Of a DNA stretch of 64,000 bases, positions 44,228 to 53,856 are shown piece by piece. The position numbers and the translations under genes are program-made. The stretch is taken from contig OZ257146.1 in NCBI GenBank assembly GCA_965279255.1, positions 2,091,219-2,155,218 of the forward strand. Direction: 5' to 3'. Every line of letters starts with the position of its first letter. The stretch's first letter is position 1. Origin of the DNA: Acidimicrobiales bacterium. GTDB taxonomy: Bacteria; Actinomycetota; Acidimicrobiia; Acidimicrobiales; Acidimicrobilacustridaceae. The notes beneath the pieces are model-generated. The model did not search any database, had not been told where the DNA came from, and saw only the letters and a program-made list of their open reading frames with translations.

Positions 44228-46507
44228 ATGGAGGTCAGCGTCGCCGCGCCCACGCGCGTCATCGGCCGTCAGCTCAGGGTCGAGCCCGACGGCACCCGGG
44301 TGCACCTCAAGCAGTGCCCGCTCTGCGAGTGCATGTGCGGCATGGAGATCCACCTCGACCTCGACGACAAGGTCAAGGTCATCCGCCCCGACAAGGACGA
44401 CGTGTGGTCGAAGGGGTACATCTGCCCGAAGGGCACCACCCTCGGCAAGCTCCACGAGGACCCCGACCGCATCCGGGTGCCGATGATCCGCGAGGGCGAC
44501 ACCTGGCGCGAGGCCAGCTGGCCCGAGGCGTTCGCCCGCTGCGAGGAGCTCCTCCACGGCGTCCGTGACCGCCACGGCATCGAGGCCATGACGGCCTTCA
44601 TCGGGAACCCCGCCGGCCACTCCTTCAGCATCGGCCGCTACGGCGCCCTGCTCATGGGGCAGGCCCAGTTCCCGATGATCTATTCGGCCGGCACCGTCGA
44701 CCAGTGGCCCAAGAACGTCTCGTGCGTCCTCATGTACGGGAACATGTGGAAGATCCCCACCGTCGACATCCGCCGCACCGACTACTGGGTGATCATGGGC
44801 GGCAACCCGCAGGCCTCCGGCGGCTCGCTGCTCAGCTGCCCCGACGTGCTCGGCGAGATCGACGCCATCCGCGAGCGCGGCGGCAAGGTCGTCGTCATCG
44901 ACCCCCGCCGCACCGGCACCGCCGACCGGGCCACCGAGTGGCTGCCCATCCGGCCCGGCGCCGACGCCGCCTTCCTGCTGGCGCTGTGCAACGTGATCTT
45001 CGACGAGGGACTCCTCGACCTCGGCCCGATCGCCCACATGGTGAACGGCGTCGACGAGATGCGTGCCGCCACCGAGGGCTTCACCCCCGAGGCCGTCGCC
45101 GACTTCTGCCGCATCCCCGCCGACACGATCCGCCGCATCGCCCACGAGCTCGCCGGCGCCGAGCGCGGCGCCCTCTACGGCCGCATCGGCCTGTGCAACC
45201 AGGAGTTCGGCACCCTCGCCTCCTGGCTGGTCGACGTGGTGAACATCCTCACCGGCCACTTCGACGTGGAGGGCGGGATGATGTTCGGCAAGCCCGTCAC
45301 CGAGCCCCTCACCTGGAAAGGCGACACCAAGGTCATGGGCGAGCCGGAGTTCGGCCGCTGGACCAGCCGGGTGCGCGGCGCCCCCGAGGTGCTCGGCCAG
45401 GTGCCCTGCTCGTGCCTGGCCGAGGAGATCGCCACACCGGGCGAGGGCCAGCTGAAGGCCCTCATCACGATCGCCGGCAACCCGGTGATCAGCGCCCCCG
45501 ACTCGGCCCAGCTCGAAGAGGCCCTGCCGATGCTCGAGTGCATGATCTCGATCGACAACTACATGAACGAGACCACGCGGTTCGCCCACGTGATCCTGCC
45601 CGGGCCCTCGCCGCTCGAGTCACCGCACATGGACGAGCTCATGTGGGGCTGGGCCGTCGGCTCCGCCGCCAAGTGGAGCGACCAGCTCTTCGACACCCTC
45701 GAGGGCTACACCCCCGAGTGGGAGATCCTCGCCCGCCTCGGCTGGTACTGCACCGGCGGCACCGAGGACGCCTTCGACTTCGAGGCCCTCGACGACGGCT
45801 GGTTCACGACGCTGTGCCACATGTACGGCCGTGACCCCGAGGCCACCCTGCCGCTCTACGACCACGGCGGCCCCGAGCGCATGATCGACCTGCAGGTCCG
45901 CATGGGCCCGTGGGGCGACCGCTACGGCGAGGTCCCCGACGGGCTCACCCTCGACAAGGTCAAGGAGGCCACCCACGGCATCGACCTCGGCCCGATGGTG
46001 CCGCGCCTCGACGAGGTCATCGGCACCCCGTCCGGCAAGGTCGAGCTGGCGCCGCCCTACATCGTCGGCGACCTCCCCCGCCTGCGGGCCGCGCTCGACC
46101 GCGACGCGGACGGCTACGTGCTCGTCAGCCGGCGCCACATCCGCTCGAAGAACAGCTGGATGCACAACGTGAAGGTGCTGGTGAAGGGCAAGGACCGCTG
46201 CACGCTCATCGTCCACCCCGACGACGCCACCGCGCTGGGCCTCGTCGACGGCGAGCCGGCCCGGGTCTCGAGCGAGGCCGGCGCCATCGAGGTGCCGGTC
46301 GAGGTCAGCGACGAGATGATGCGCGGGGTCGTTTCGCTCCCTCACGGCTGGGGCCACGACCGGCCCGGCACCCGGCTGTCGGTCGCCCGCGAGCACGCCG
46401 GGGTGAACAGCAACCTGCTCTCCCCCGGACACTTCGTCGACGAACTGTCAGGCAACGCCGCCGTGAACGGCATCCCCGTGGAGGTCTCCCCGGCGGTCCC
46501 GGTCTAG
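44228..46507 (+). CDS. Molybdopterin-dependent oxidoreductase (formate-dehydrogenase/BisC-like)
   Basis: In frame with ORF 43700..46507. ATG 44228 is preceded by AGGGGGA. N-terminal 4Fe-4S motif CPLCECMCGM...YICPKG. Molybdopterin-binding segments follow, with a C-terminal beta-barrel (VHPDDATALGLVDGEPARV). Confidence 0.85.
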   Translation: MEVSVAAPTRVIGRQLRVEPDGTRVHLKQCPLCECMCGMEIHLDLDDKVKVIRPDKDDVWSKGYICPKGTTLGKLHEDPDRIRVPMIREGDTWREASWPEAFARCEELLHGVRDRHGIEAMTAFIGNPAGHSFSIGRYGALLMGQAQFPMIYSAGTVDQWPKNVSCVLMYGNMWKIPTVDIRRTDYWVIMGGNPQASGGSLLSCPDVLGEIDAIRERGGKVVVIDPRRTGTADRATEWLPIRPGADAAFLLALCNVIFDEGLLDLGPIAHMVNGVDEMRAATEGFTPEAVADFCRIPADTIRRIAHELAGAERGALYGRIGLCNQEFGTLASWLVDVVNILTGHFDVEGGMMFGKPVTEPLTWKGDTKVMGEPEFGRWTSRVRGAPEVLGQVPCSCLAEEIATPGEGQLKALITIAGNPVISAPDSAQLEEALPMLECMISIDNYMNETTRFAHVILPGPSPLESPHMDELMWGWAVGSAAKWSDQLFDTLEGYTPEWEILARLGWYCTGGTEDAFDFEALDDGWFTTLCHMYGRDPEATLPLYDHGGPERMIDLQVRMGPWGDRYGEVPDGLTLDKVKEATHGIDLGPMVPRLDEVIGTPSGKVELAPPYIVGDLPRLRAALDRDADGYVLVSRRHIRSKNSWMHNVKVLVKGKDRCTLIVHPDDATALGLVDGEPARVSSEAGAIEVPVEVSDEMMRGVVSLPHGWGHDRPGTRLSVAREHAGVNSNLLSPGHFVDELSGNAAVNGIPVEVSPAVPV

Positions 46508-46561
46508 CGCCGGGCGCCGGGGCCCGGCCGGGTGGCCCGAGCCGAGCGGTAGCCTCGACTC

Positions 46562-47149
46562 GTGGCAGCAGGCCCCGTCGCCGACCCCGGCTTCGACCTC
46601 TCGACATGGGTGTTCCTCGGCACGCTGGCCGGCGCCACTGCCGCGGTCCTGGCGTTCTACAGCCGGGCGATCCACCTCTGGACCCCACCCGCGCCGCGCA
46701 CCGACCTGGTGTCACCCGACCACATCACGCGGATGCGTGGGGTGGAAGCCGAGGTCGACCTCGGCCGGGGCTGGCGGGCCACCGACGACCCCGGCGCGGC
46801 CTGGCACCTGTGGTGGATGCCGGGCTCGGGCGACATCATCGGGCTCCGCACCAGCGAGCTGCCCCCTCCCCCGGGGCCCTTCTACTTCGGCTCGGTCGGC
46901 ACCCGCAGCCCGCTCGACGCCTACGGGGTCCACAAGTTCACGGGCATGAAGGTGCTCGGCAACAGCGGCGACCGGCCGACCAAGGCGCTGTGCGACGAGC
47001 TCCGACCGCGGCCCGACGGGCTCGACCTGTTCACCGGCGGCACCCATCCCGCGCCCGACCCGGACGACGACCTCGACGGTGACAGCGACGAGAACTGGGA
47101 CGACGACGACCAGGCCCTCTACGACCGCTGGGGCGACGACGACGCCTGA
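46562..47149 (+). CDS. Hypothetical protein (N-terminal TM helix, acidic tail)
   Basis: 195-aa ORF with coding-type codon bias. No family recognised. Confidence 0.55.
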   Translation: MAAGPVADPGFDLSTWVFLGTLAGATAAVLAFYSRAIHLWTPPAPRTDLVSPDHITRMRGVEAEVDLGRGWRATDDPGAAWHLWWMPGSGDIIGLRTSELPPPPGPFYFGSVGTRSPLDAYGVHKFTGMKVLGNSGDRPTKALCDELRPRPDGLDLFTGGTHPAPDPDDDLDGDSDENWDDDDQALYDRWGDDDA

Positions 47150-47222
47150 GGCCCGGTGCGTGAGCCCGAGCCGCGTCTGTCCGCGCTCCCCCTGCGCCGG
47201 ACGCAAGTAGCCCCTCCCGCCG

Positions 47223-47272
47223 GTTCTGGCATGCGTTTTGCACCTCCAGGAGTGCAAAACGCATGCCAGAAC
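47223..47272. repeat. Perfect palindrome with 21-bp arms and an 8-nt spacer
   Basis: GTTCTGGCATGCGTTTTGCAC ctccagga GTGCAAAACGCATGCCAGAAC. It lies between convergent genes at the left edge of the lower-G+C islet. Confidence 0.8.
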
Positions 47273-47336
47273 GGGAGTCTCGATGCGTCAGCGGGCGCGG
47301 GACGAGGCCGCGCCACCTCCCGCTACTCGGGTTCAG

Positions 47337-47492
47337 CTACGACTCGACAGGGTCTCCGAACGCGTCACAGTCGGGGTTCTCGCACACGAAGCCGGAGTCG
47401 ATGACGTTCGAGGTCTCCGCGGGGAGAGCCGTGACGCCGCACGAGGGGCAGATCGGGGCTCGCTCGATCTCGGCGTCATCACCCTCGCTCAT
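47337..47492 (-). CDS. Small zinc-ribbon protein (51 aa)
   Basis: Tail of ORF 47337..47945. ATG 47492 has GGGAGG 9 nt upstream. The sequence is MSEGDDAEIERAPICPSCGVTALPAETSNVIDSGFVCENPDCDAFG. Confidence 0.45.
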   Translation of the reverse strand: MSEGDDAEIERAPICPSCGVTALPAETSNVIDSGFVCENPDCDAFGDPVES

Positions 47493-47655
47493 GCTCGACA
47501 TCCTCCCAGGAGCTGCGCCGTCAGCATGAATCCGCCGATGGGGGCCCACGTGTCCCCGTGCTCCTGCAGTGGGCGACGCTCCGACGACTGGGACCACCGA
47601 CCCCCGTGGGAGAACTCGGGCAGGAGTGTGGTGGGTCGACCCGGCTCGAGGGTCT

Positions 47656-48150
47656 ATGACATCGATGATCGAGAGCGACACGGTGGACAACAGCATCACG
47701 GCATCAGATGAACGGGCCCGTTTCGAGGCGTTCGTGCGCGAGTGCGAGCCGCGACTTCGACGCGCGCACGTCGCTGCTCTCGGACCCGAGCGAGGCCGGG
47801 ATGCCACCGCCGAGGCGATGGCATGGGCGTGGGAGCACTGGGCGCGAGTGGTGCGGATGGAGCACCCGCTCGGGTTCTTGTTCCGGGTCGGGCAGTCGCG
47901 CACTCGTGGACGCCGCCAGCCGCAGTTGCGCCCACCCGAGCCCACGCAACCGCGACCTCCGGATGACCCGGCTCTACGCCAGGCACTCTCCCGTCTGAGC
48001 GAACGCCAACGGGTCTGTGTCGTGCTGGTCCACGGCTTCGCCTACTCCGCCCCCGAGGTCGGGGAGCTCCTCGGCATCCGGCCCACGTCGGTCCAGAACC
48101 ATCTCGAAAGGGGCCTGAAGCGGCTCCGAACGCTCTTGGAGGAACAGTGA
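47656..48150 (+). CDS. ECF-type sigma-70 family sigma factor
   Basis: ORF 47569..48150 trimmed to ATG 47656. Region 2-like FEAFVRECEPRLRRAH. Region 4 LSERQRVCVVLVHGFAYSAPEVGELLGIRPTSVQNHLERGLKRLR. Confidence 0.75.
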   Translation: MTSMIESDTVDNSITASDERARFEAFVRECEPRLRRAHVAALGPERGRDATAEAMAWAWEHWARVVRMEHPLGFLFRVGQSRTRGRRQPQLRPPEPTQPRPPDDPALRQALSRLSERQRVCVVLVHGFAYSAPEVGELLGIRPTSVQNHLERGLKRLRTLLEEQ

Positions 48151-48815
48151 CCACGAACCTCGCAGACCGAATCGCCACGTACGTCGACGGCTTGGCACCC
48201 CCGATCTCGGCCGCGGAGGCGATCGAGTGGCCTCGACACACCGAGACCTCGCGCCGTTCCCACCCGGTGCTGATCGCCGCGATGTGCGCGATGGTCCTCC
48301 TTGCCGGCTTGGGGGCATGGCGATGGACGAGCTCTTCCAGCACCACACCCGGTGTGACGTCGGAGCCCGCAACCGACATCTCTGGATGTGGACATCCGCC
48401 AGAGCTCCTCGGATGCCCCACCGTCGCGGACGACGCGAGCGTGGTGCTTGGCATCCCACTACCGGATCCGAGCGCCCTTCCCGCCGGGTGGATCACCCAG
48501 ACACCGCGCCTTCGCTTCTGGCCCGCCGGTTCCCTCGCGCCGGGATCGCCGCAGTCTGACATCGCCGACTACCGCCAGGTCTGGACGACTGCGGGCGCAG
48601 ACTTGGACGCCCCTGGCACGAGCGCCCCCTACGTGCAGCTCACCCGAGGCGTCACCACAGCCGCCGATTCCGGCCTGCCGACGCTGAGCGACCTCATCGG
48701 TGCCGCTGTTCCTGCGAGCACCCTCGAATGGCAGAGCAGCGGGATCCACTACCGACTCTTCTCCAATGCGCTCAGCTATCCCGAGCTCCTGGCCATCGCC
48801 AGAACTCTTCCTTGA
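48147..48815 (+). CDS. Membrane-anchored protein co-translated with the ECF sigma factor (possible anti-sigma factor)
   Basis: GTG 48147 forms a GTGA overlap. A cytoplasmic N-terminus is followed by one TM helix (VLIAAMCAMVLLAGLGAW) and an extracytoplasmic domain. No ZAS HxxxCxxC motif was seen. Confidence 0.5.
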   Translation: MTTNLADRIATYVDGLAPPISAAEAIEWPRHTETSRRSHPVLIAAMCAMVLLAGLGAWRWTSSSSTTPGVTSEPATDISGCGHPPELLGCPTVADDASVVLGIPLPDPSALPAGWITQTPRLRFWPAGSLAPGSPQSDIADYRQVWTTAGADLDAPGTSAPYVQLTRGVTTAADSGLPTLSDLIGAAVPASTLEWQSSGIHYRLFSNALSYPELLAIARTLP

Positions 48816-48950
48816 GCGGGCATTGACACCCACATCCCAGCTCGGCACCCACGAGCGCCACGGACGGGTCCCGAGCCCGGCTGAGGTGCCGATACCGCCG
48901 GGAGTGAGCGCAGGCGCATCGAGGGTTCGGCGAACCTCTATCCTCCGGCC

Positions 48951-49376
48951 GTGCCGTATCCAGATCGCGAGTACTGGAACGCGAACGTCCCTTGGTGGCA
49001 GGGCGCACTCCTGATCCTCGCGCTGGTCGGGATCCCGATGGTCGTGGTCCTTCCCACCGGCCTTCCAGACGCCATGACGACGCCGTTTGGCGTGGCATTC
49101 GGCCTCTTCCTCGTCTGGGTCTGGCCGAAGATCTTCAAGCGTCCACGGGCGGCGAGCCGTGGGAGCTCATCGCGGCCTGGAGGGACGGAGCTGCGTTGGG
49201 TCGGCTGGGCGTTCGCGACGTTCGTGCTCGGGCTTGCAGCCCTGCTGCTCGTGGCCCTGGGCATCGCCGGTGTCGTGAGCGGTCGTCCGTTCTACGCGTT
49301 CTTCGCGGTGACCGGAGCCGCTGTCGGTTACGGAGGCTGGTCAGCGCTCAGGCGGGCGGCTGCCCTCAACGACTGA
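48951..49376 (+). CDS. Hypothetical membrane protein (4 predicted TM helices)
   Basis: 141-aa ORF starting at GTG 48951. Lies within the lower-G+C islet. Confidence 0.5.
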   Translation: MPYPDREYWNANVPWWQGALLILALVGIPMVVVLPTGLPDAMTTPFGVAFGLFLVWVWPKIFKRPRAASRGSSSRPGGTELRWVGWAFATFVLGLAALLLVALGIAGVVSGRPFYAFFAVTGAAVGYGGWSALRRAAALND

Positions 49377-49511
49377 ACACGGGCAGCGAACGGTCATCCC
49401 TACCGCCGGTGCTTGACACGCGGTCGGAGCAGGCGGGCGTAGCCGCGTGACCGTCCCAGTCCGCCGGATCAGGCGGGCCGCTTCGACGAGGGCCATCCCG
49501 GAGTCCGAGCC

Positions 49512-50762
49512 TCACCAGGCGAGGCGGCTCACGGTGCTGAAGGAGACGGCGTAGGCGCTGCGGCCGAAGCCGGCGGCCGGGAACAGCACCGACTGGAGCG
49601 GGCTGCCCGAGCGGCGCCGTAGCACCTCGTCGCCGGTCTCGATGGCGCGCACGACGAGATCCTCGGAGAAGGCCTCGGCGTCGTGGTCGCCGCTCAGGAA
49701 GAGGCCGCTCACCGGATCGTGGAGCAGGTGGCTGGCGTGGTCCTGGTCGAGGCTCCAGCGCGGGGAGAGCGCGCCGTCGTCGGCGATGTCGAAGGCGGCC
49801 ATCACCGCGTTGCCCGAGTCGTAGCCGACGACGATGCGGCGCTGCTCGTCGACCAGCGGAGGGTTGGCGATGAGGCCACCCGGCCGTCCGCAGACCTCGG
49901 TGAGCTGAACCTCGCCGGTGGCGAGGTCGACCCGCACGAGGTGCAGTGGCGCGGTGTTGGTGCCGACGCCACGGAAGGTGCCGGCGTAGCGCTCGGCACC
50001 GGCGCCGTTGTCGAGGAACCAGGCCGCGCCCAGGGCGAGCACGGCGTCCCACCCGTGGGTCTGGCCGGGCATCGTGCGGTAGCGGGCGGCGAAGGCATAG
50101 TCGGCGACGAGAGTCGAGCCGTCCCACTGCGCCCGCAGCAGCGAGTGGTCGCCGACCACGTAGACGGTGTCGCCGTCGGCCGACAGGCGGGCGATGGAGG
50201 GCTCGGCCACCTCGCACGAGGCGACGATCTCGAGGGTGACGGGGTCGATCACCACCAGCTCGGCGAGAGGTGCCGGCGATGCCGACGCCTCGTCCTGGCC
50301 GGGGAGCAGTCCGCCGAAGTCCTTGGTGACGAGATGGCCGTCGGGCAGCGTGACGAAGCTGTTGTAGGGCGCGTCGCGCGGAAGCGTGACCGCGGCCTGC
50401 ACGGTGAGATCGGGTGCCAGCCGATGGGCGTGGCGCCCGAAGACGACGACGAGGTCACCGGTCTCCTGCACCGCGATGCCGCCGGGCCAGGCGGCGCCGC
50501 CGGGCAGGTCGTCGACGCGGGCCCGCACCTCGAGGGTGTCGGGATCGATCAGCTCGACCCACGCGGTGTCGCCACCGAAGGCGTTGCCCATCAGATACGC
50601 GTCGCCGGGGGCTCCGGTGACGAGCATGGTGGCGCCGAGCGCCTCACGGGCCACGACCTGCGCGTCGCCGGCGCCCACCCGCAGGTCGGCGAACAGACCG
50701 GGCGCCGACTGGAGGCGACGGGGGCCGCCGTCCTCGGCCGGCCAGGGCGACGGACCGCTCAC
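49512..50762 (-). CDS. Hypothetical protein co-translated with the arylsulfatase
   Basis: 416-aa ORF. GTG 50762 forms a GTGA overlap with the sulfatase stop. Beta-rich repetitive pattern. No family recognised. Confidence 0.6.
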   Translation of the reverse strand: MSGPSPWPAEDGGPRRLQSAPGLFADLRVGAGDAQVVAREALGATMLVTGAPGDAYLMGNAFGGDTAWVELIDPDTLEVRARVDDLPGGAAWPGGIAVQETGDLVVVFGRHAHRLAPDLTVQAAVTLPRDAPYNSFVTLPDGHLVTKDFGGLLPGQDEASASPAPLAELVVIDPVTLEIVASCEVAEPSIARLSADGDTVYVVGDHSLLRAQWDGSTLVADYAFAARYRTMPGQTHGWDAVLALGAAWFLDNGAGAERYAGTFRGVGTNTAPLHLVRVDLATGEVQLTEVCGRPGGLIANPPLVDEQRRIVVGYDSGNAVMAAFDIADDGALSPRWSLDQDHASHLLHDPVSGLFLSGDHDAEAFSEDLVVRAIETGDEVLRRRSGSPLQSVLFPAAGFGRSAYAVSFSTVSRLAW

Positions 50763-53029
50763 TGCCGGCCCATGCCGGTGCGCTCCTCGGCGGCGGCGAC
50801 CTCTCGCTCCTCGGTACGCCTGGCGCTCACCAGCTCGATGTCGAGCGAACGCAAGGCGCCCTCGAAGGGATAGGTGTCGTCATAGCGCTCGCTCACCGGG
50901 CGGCCGTGGTCGTAGCCGACGCTGCTGCCGACGCTCGACACCACCCGCATGGCGAACGGGATCTCGGCCGAGCCGCACTCCTGATCGTCGATGACGAGGG
51001 TGGCCGTCGCCCCGTTGCCATCGCGCCGGAAGCGCACGCCGATGCGCGACTCCCCCACCGGGACGGCGGCGGTCGACTCGACCACGGCGTGGTCGCCGAA
51101 GGCGTTGTAGTCGAAGACCAGGCGGTCGTCCTGCACGAACAGGCTGAGGCCCGCGTTGCCGTTGCCGAGGGCGTAGAGGACGCCGCTGTCGCCCTCGTCC
51201 CGGAGGACGGTGGCGGTCATGTCCCAGCTGCGGCCACCGATGGCGGCCGAGGCCTGCGCCGGCAGGTACGACATGGGCGGCCGGTACGAGTACCGGCGGT
51301 CGGGCCGGTGCGGGGTGTGGTCGGCGAACCGGGCGCCGAAGAGCTCGACGGTGCGGTCGTCGAGGGGCAGCACGCCGTGCAGCTCGGCCTCGGCCCACCA
51401 CCGCTCGATCAGCTCGGCCAGCTTGTCGGGGTGCTCGGCGGCGAGGTCGTTGCACTCCGAACGATCGGTGGTGAGGTCGTAGAGCTCCCACGTGTCGTCG
51501 TCGAACGACGTGCCCGACTGGTGGCGGGTCACCGCCTTCCAGCCGTCGACGTACATCGCCCGGTGGCCCATCATCTCGAAGTACTGCACCGTGCGGCGGG
51601 TCGGGTCGGCGGCGGCCGAGGCGTCGAAGCTGTAGGCCATCGACTCGCCCGTGACGCGCAGCTGCTCGACGCCGCGGAAGGTGGCGGGCGGCTCGACGCC
51701 GACGAGCTCGTAGATCGTCGGGGCGATGTCGGTGACGTAGTGGAACTGGTCGCGGATCGAGCCTCGGTCGGCGATGCCGTTGGGCCAGTGCACGATGCAC
51801 GGCACGTGGACCCCGCCCTCGTGGGTGTTCTGCTTGTACCACTTGAAGGGCGTGTTGCCGGCCTGCGACCAGCCCCACGGGTAGTTGGCGTGGCTGTTCG
51901 GGCCGCCGATGTCGTCGAGGTGGTCGACGGCCTCCTCCGGCGTCTCCAGCAGGAAGTTGAAGAACTTCATCTCGTGGAGCACGCCGAACGGGCCGCCCTC
52001 CTGGCTGGCGCCGTTGTCGGACAGCAGCACGATGATCGTGTCGTCGAGCAGCTCCATGTCGGCCAGCGCGTCGACGAGGCGGCCGATCTGGTCGTCGGTG
52101 TGCTCGAGGAAGGCGGCGAACGACTCCTGGAGGCGGGCGGCCAGGCGGCGCTGGGCGTCGGGCAGGTCGTCCCACGCGTCGACCCCCGGGTTGCGGGGCG
52201 CCAGCTCGGTGTCGGCCGGGATCACGCCAAGCTGCTTCTGGCGGGCGAACCAGCGCTCGCGGGCGACGTCCCACCCCTCGTCGTACCGGCCCCGGTGACG
52301 GGCCAGGTACTCGGGCGGCGACTGGTGCGGGGCGTGGGTCGCGCCGAGGGCGAGGTAGGTGAAGAAGGGCCGGTCGGGGCGGATGGACACCGAGTCGTTG
52401 ATGAACTCGATGGCGTGATCGACCAGGTCCTCGGTGAGGTGGTAGCCCTCCTCCGGCGTGCGGGGCGGGTCGATGCGGTGGTTGTCGTAGGTGAGGTCGG
52501 GCGTGAACTGGTCGGTCTCGCCGTCGAGGAAGCCGTAGAAGCGGTCGAAGCCCCGCTGCAGCGGCCAGTCGTCGTAAGGGCCGGCGGCCGACGCCTCGTG
52601 CATCGGGCAGAGGTGCCACTTGCCGAGCATGAAGGTCGTGTAGCCGGAGCTGCGCAGCACCTCGGCCATGGTCGAGGCGCTCTCGGGGATGCGGCCGCGC
52701 ATGTGCGGGAAGCCGGTGTTGAAGTTGGAGATCGCCCGCATGCCGACCGTGTGGTGGTTGCGGCCCGTCAGCAGCGCCGCCCGGGTGGGCGAGCACAGCG
52801 GCGTGACGTGGAAGTTCGAGTAGCGCAGCCCACCCGCGGCGAGGCGGTCGATGTTGGGGGTGGGCAGCTCGGAGCCGAAGCAGCCGAAGTGGGAGAAGCC
52901 GAGGTCGTCGAACAGCACGACGACGACGTTGGGGGCGTGGTCGCCGGGGTGGGCGGGCTCGGGCCAGGAGGGGGTGGAGTCGGCGACGGTGCGGCCGATC
53001 ACGCCGTCGAACTCGCTGGTCGTGCTCAT
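50759..53029 (-). CDS. Arylsulfatase (Cys-type, formylglycine-dependent)
   Basis: C-terminal 756 aa of ORF 50759..54712, starting at ATG 53029 (GGAGG 5 nt upstream). Motifs: VVVLFDDLGFSHFGCFG, the sulfatase signature PLCSPTRAALLTGRNHH, GKWHL, LLSDNGAS. Confidence 0.9.
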   Translation of the reverse strand: MSTTSEFDGVIGRTVADSTPSWPEPAHPGDHAPNVVVVLFDDLGFSHFGCFGSELPTPNIDRLAAGGLRYSNFHVTPLCSPTRAALLTGRNHHTVGMRAISNFNTGFPHMRGRIPESASTMAEVLRSSGYTTFMLGKWHLCPMHEASAAGPYDDWPLQRGFDRFYGFLDGETDQFTPDLTYDNHRIDPPRTPEEGYHLTEDLVDHAIEFINDSVSIRPDRPFFTYLALGATHAPHQSPPEYLARHRGRYDEGWDVARERWFARQKQLGVIPADTELAPRNPGVDAWDDLPDAQRRLAARLQESFAAFLEHTDDQIGRLVDALADMELLDDTIIVLLSDNGASQEGGPFGVLHEMKFFNFLLETPEEAVDHLDDIGGPNSHANYPWGWSQAGNTPFKWYKQNTHEGGVHVPCIVHWPNGIADRGSIRDQFHYVTDIAPTIYELVGVEPPATFRGVEQLRVTGESMAYSFDASAAADPTRRTVQYFEMMGHRAMYVDGWKAVTRHQSGTSFDDDTWELYDLTTDRSECNDLAAEHPDKLAELIERWWAEAELHGVLPLDDRTVELFGARFADHTPHRPDRRYSYRPPMSYLPAQASAAIGGRSWDMTATVLRDEGDSGVLYALGNGNAGLSLFVQDDRLVFDYNAFGDHAVVESTAAVPVGESRIGVRFRRDGNGATATLVIDDQECGSAEIPFAMRVVSSVGSSVGYDHGRPVSERYDDTYPFEGALRSLDIELVSARRTEEREVAAAEERTGMGRQ

Positions 53030-53856
53030 GCTCGTCCTCCGGCGGCCCCGTCGGCCGCGATCTCGCCCTCCAGGGCGTCGTTGCGGGCGTGCACCCGCGG
53101 CACGGTGCCGTCGTGGGTGAGCACCCAGAAGCGATCCTCGACGATGGCCTCGACCACCAGCTCGGCGACCTCGGCGGGCGGCATGGCCTTGGTGCCCATC
53201 ATCGCCTCGAGGTTCTCCATCGGGATGTGGGTCGGCGCCGGCAGCCCGAGGTGGGCGGGCGCGTTGCGGGTCGACTCGAACACGAGGGTGTCGACGAGCT
53301 CGGGGCACAGGCAGGTGACGCCGACGCCCGTGCCGGTCATCTCGGTGCGCAGCGCCTCGCTGAGGCCCACGACCCCGTACTTGGTGGCGTGGTAGACGCC
53401 GAGGCCGAAGGCGGCGTGCAGGCCGGCCTCCGACGCGGTGTTCACGACGTGGCCCTCGCCGGCGGCGACCATGTCGGGCACGAAGGTGCTGACGCCGTAG
53501 CCGACGCCGAGCAGGTTCACGCCGATCTCCCAGTCCCAGACCTCGGGGCGGGTCTTCCACGTGGCCCGGCCGGCGGCGACACCTGCGTTGTTGCACAGCA
53601 GCTGCACCGGCCCGAAGGCCTCGTTGGCGGCCTCCTTGAGGCCACGCACCTGGGCGGCGTCGGACACGTCGCACCGCTCGACCAGCACCTTGCCGGGGTG
53701 GGCGGCGGCGAGCCGAGCACCCTGGGCCTCGAGCACCGGCGCCTCGACATCGGCCATGACGACGGACATGCCCTCGGCCAGGAAGCGCTCGCTGAGCGCC
53801 AGGCCGATCCCCGATGCCGCGCCGGTGACGACGGCGACCTTCCCTTGCAGCTCCAC
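53026..53856 (-). CDS. Short-chain dehydrogenase/reductase (SDR)
   Basis: Motifs: KVAVVTGAASGIG, NNAG, YHATKYGV. The stop overlaps the sulfatase start (ATGA). Confidence 0.85.
   Translation of the reverse strand: MELQGKVAVVTGAASGIGLALSERFLAEGMSVVMADVEAPVLEAQGARLAAAHPGKVLVERCDVSDAAQVRGLKEAANEAFGPVQLLCNNAGVAAGRATWKTRPEVWDWEIGVNLLGVGYGVSTFVPDMVAAGEGHVVNTASEAGLHAAFGLGVYHATKYGVVGLSEALRTEMTGTGVGVTCLCPELVDTLVFESTRNAPAHLGLPAPTHIPMENLEAMMGTKAMPPAEVAELVVEAIVEDRFWVLTHDGTVPRVHARNDALEGEIAADGAAGGRA

Noticed and set aside
47608-47640. ECF-type autoregulatory promoter (GAGAAC ... GTC) upstream of the sigma factor gene.
   Set aside because: The spacer between AAC and GTC is 19 nt, longer than the 16-17 nt usual for ECF promoters. 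The -35 element also departs from GGAAC.
47150-49511. Prophage, integrative element or IS interpretation of the lower-G+C islet.
   Set aside because: It has no integrase, transposase, tRNA attachment site or flanking direct repeats; only a trivial shared 8-mer CCGCCGGT. I kept it as a composition islet only.
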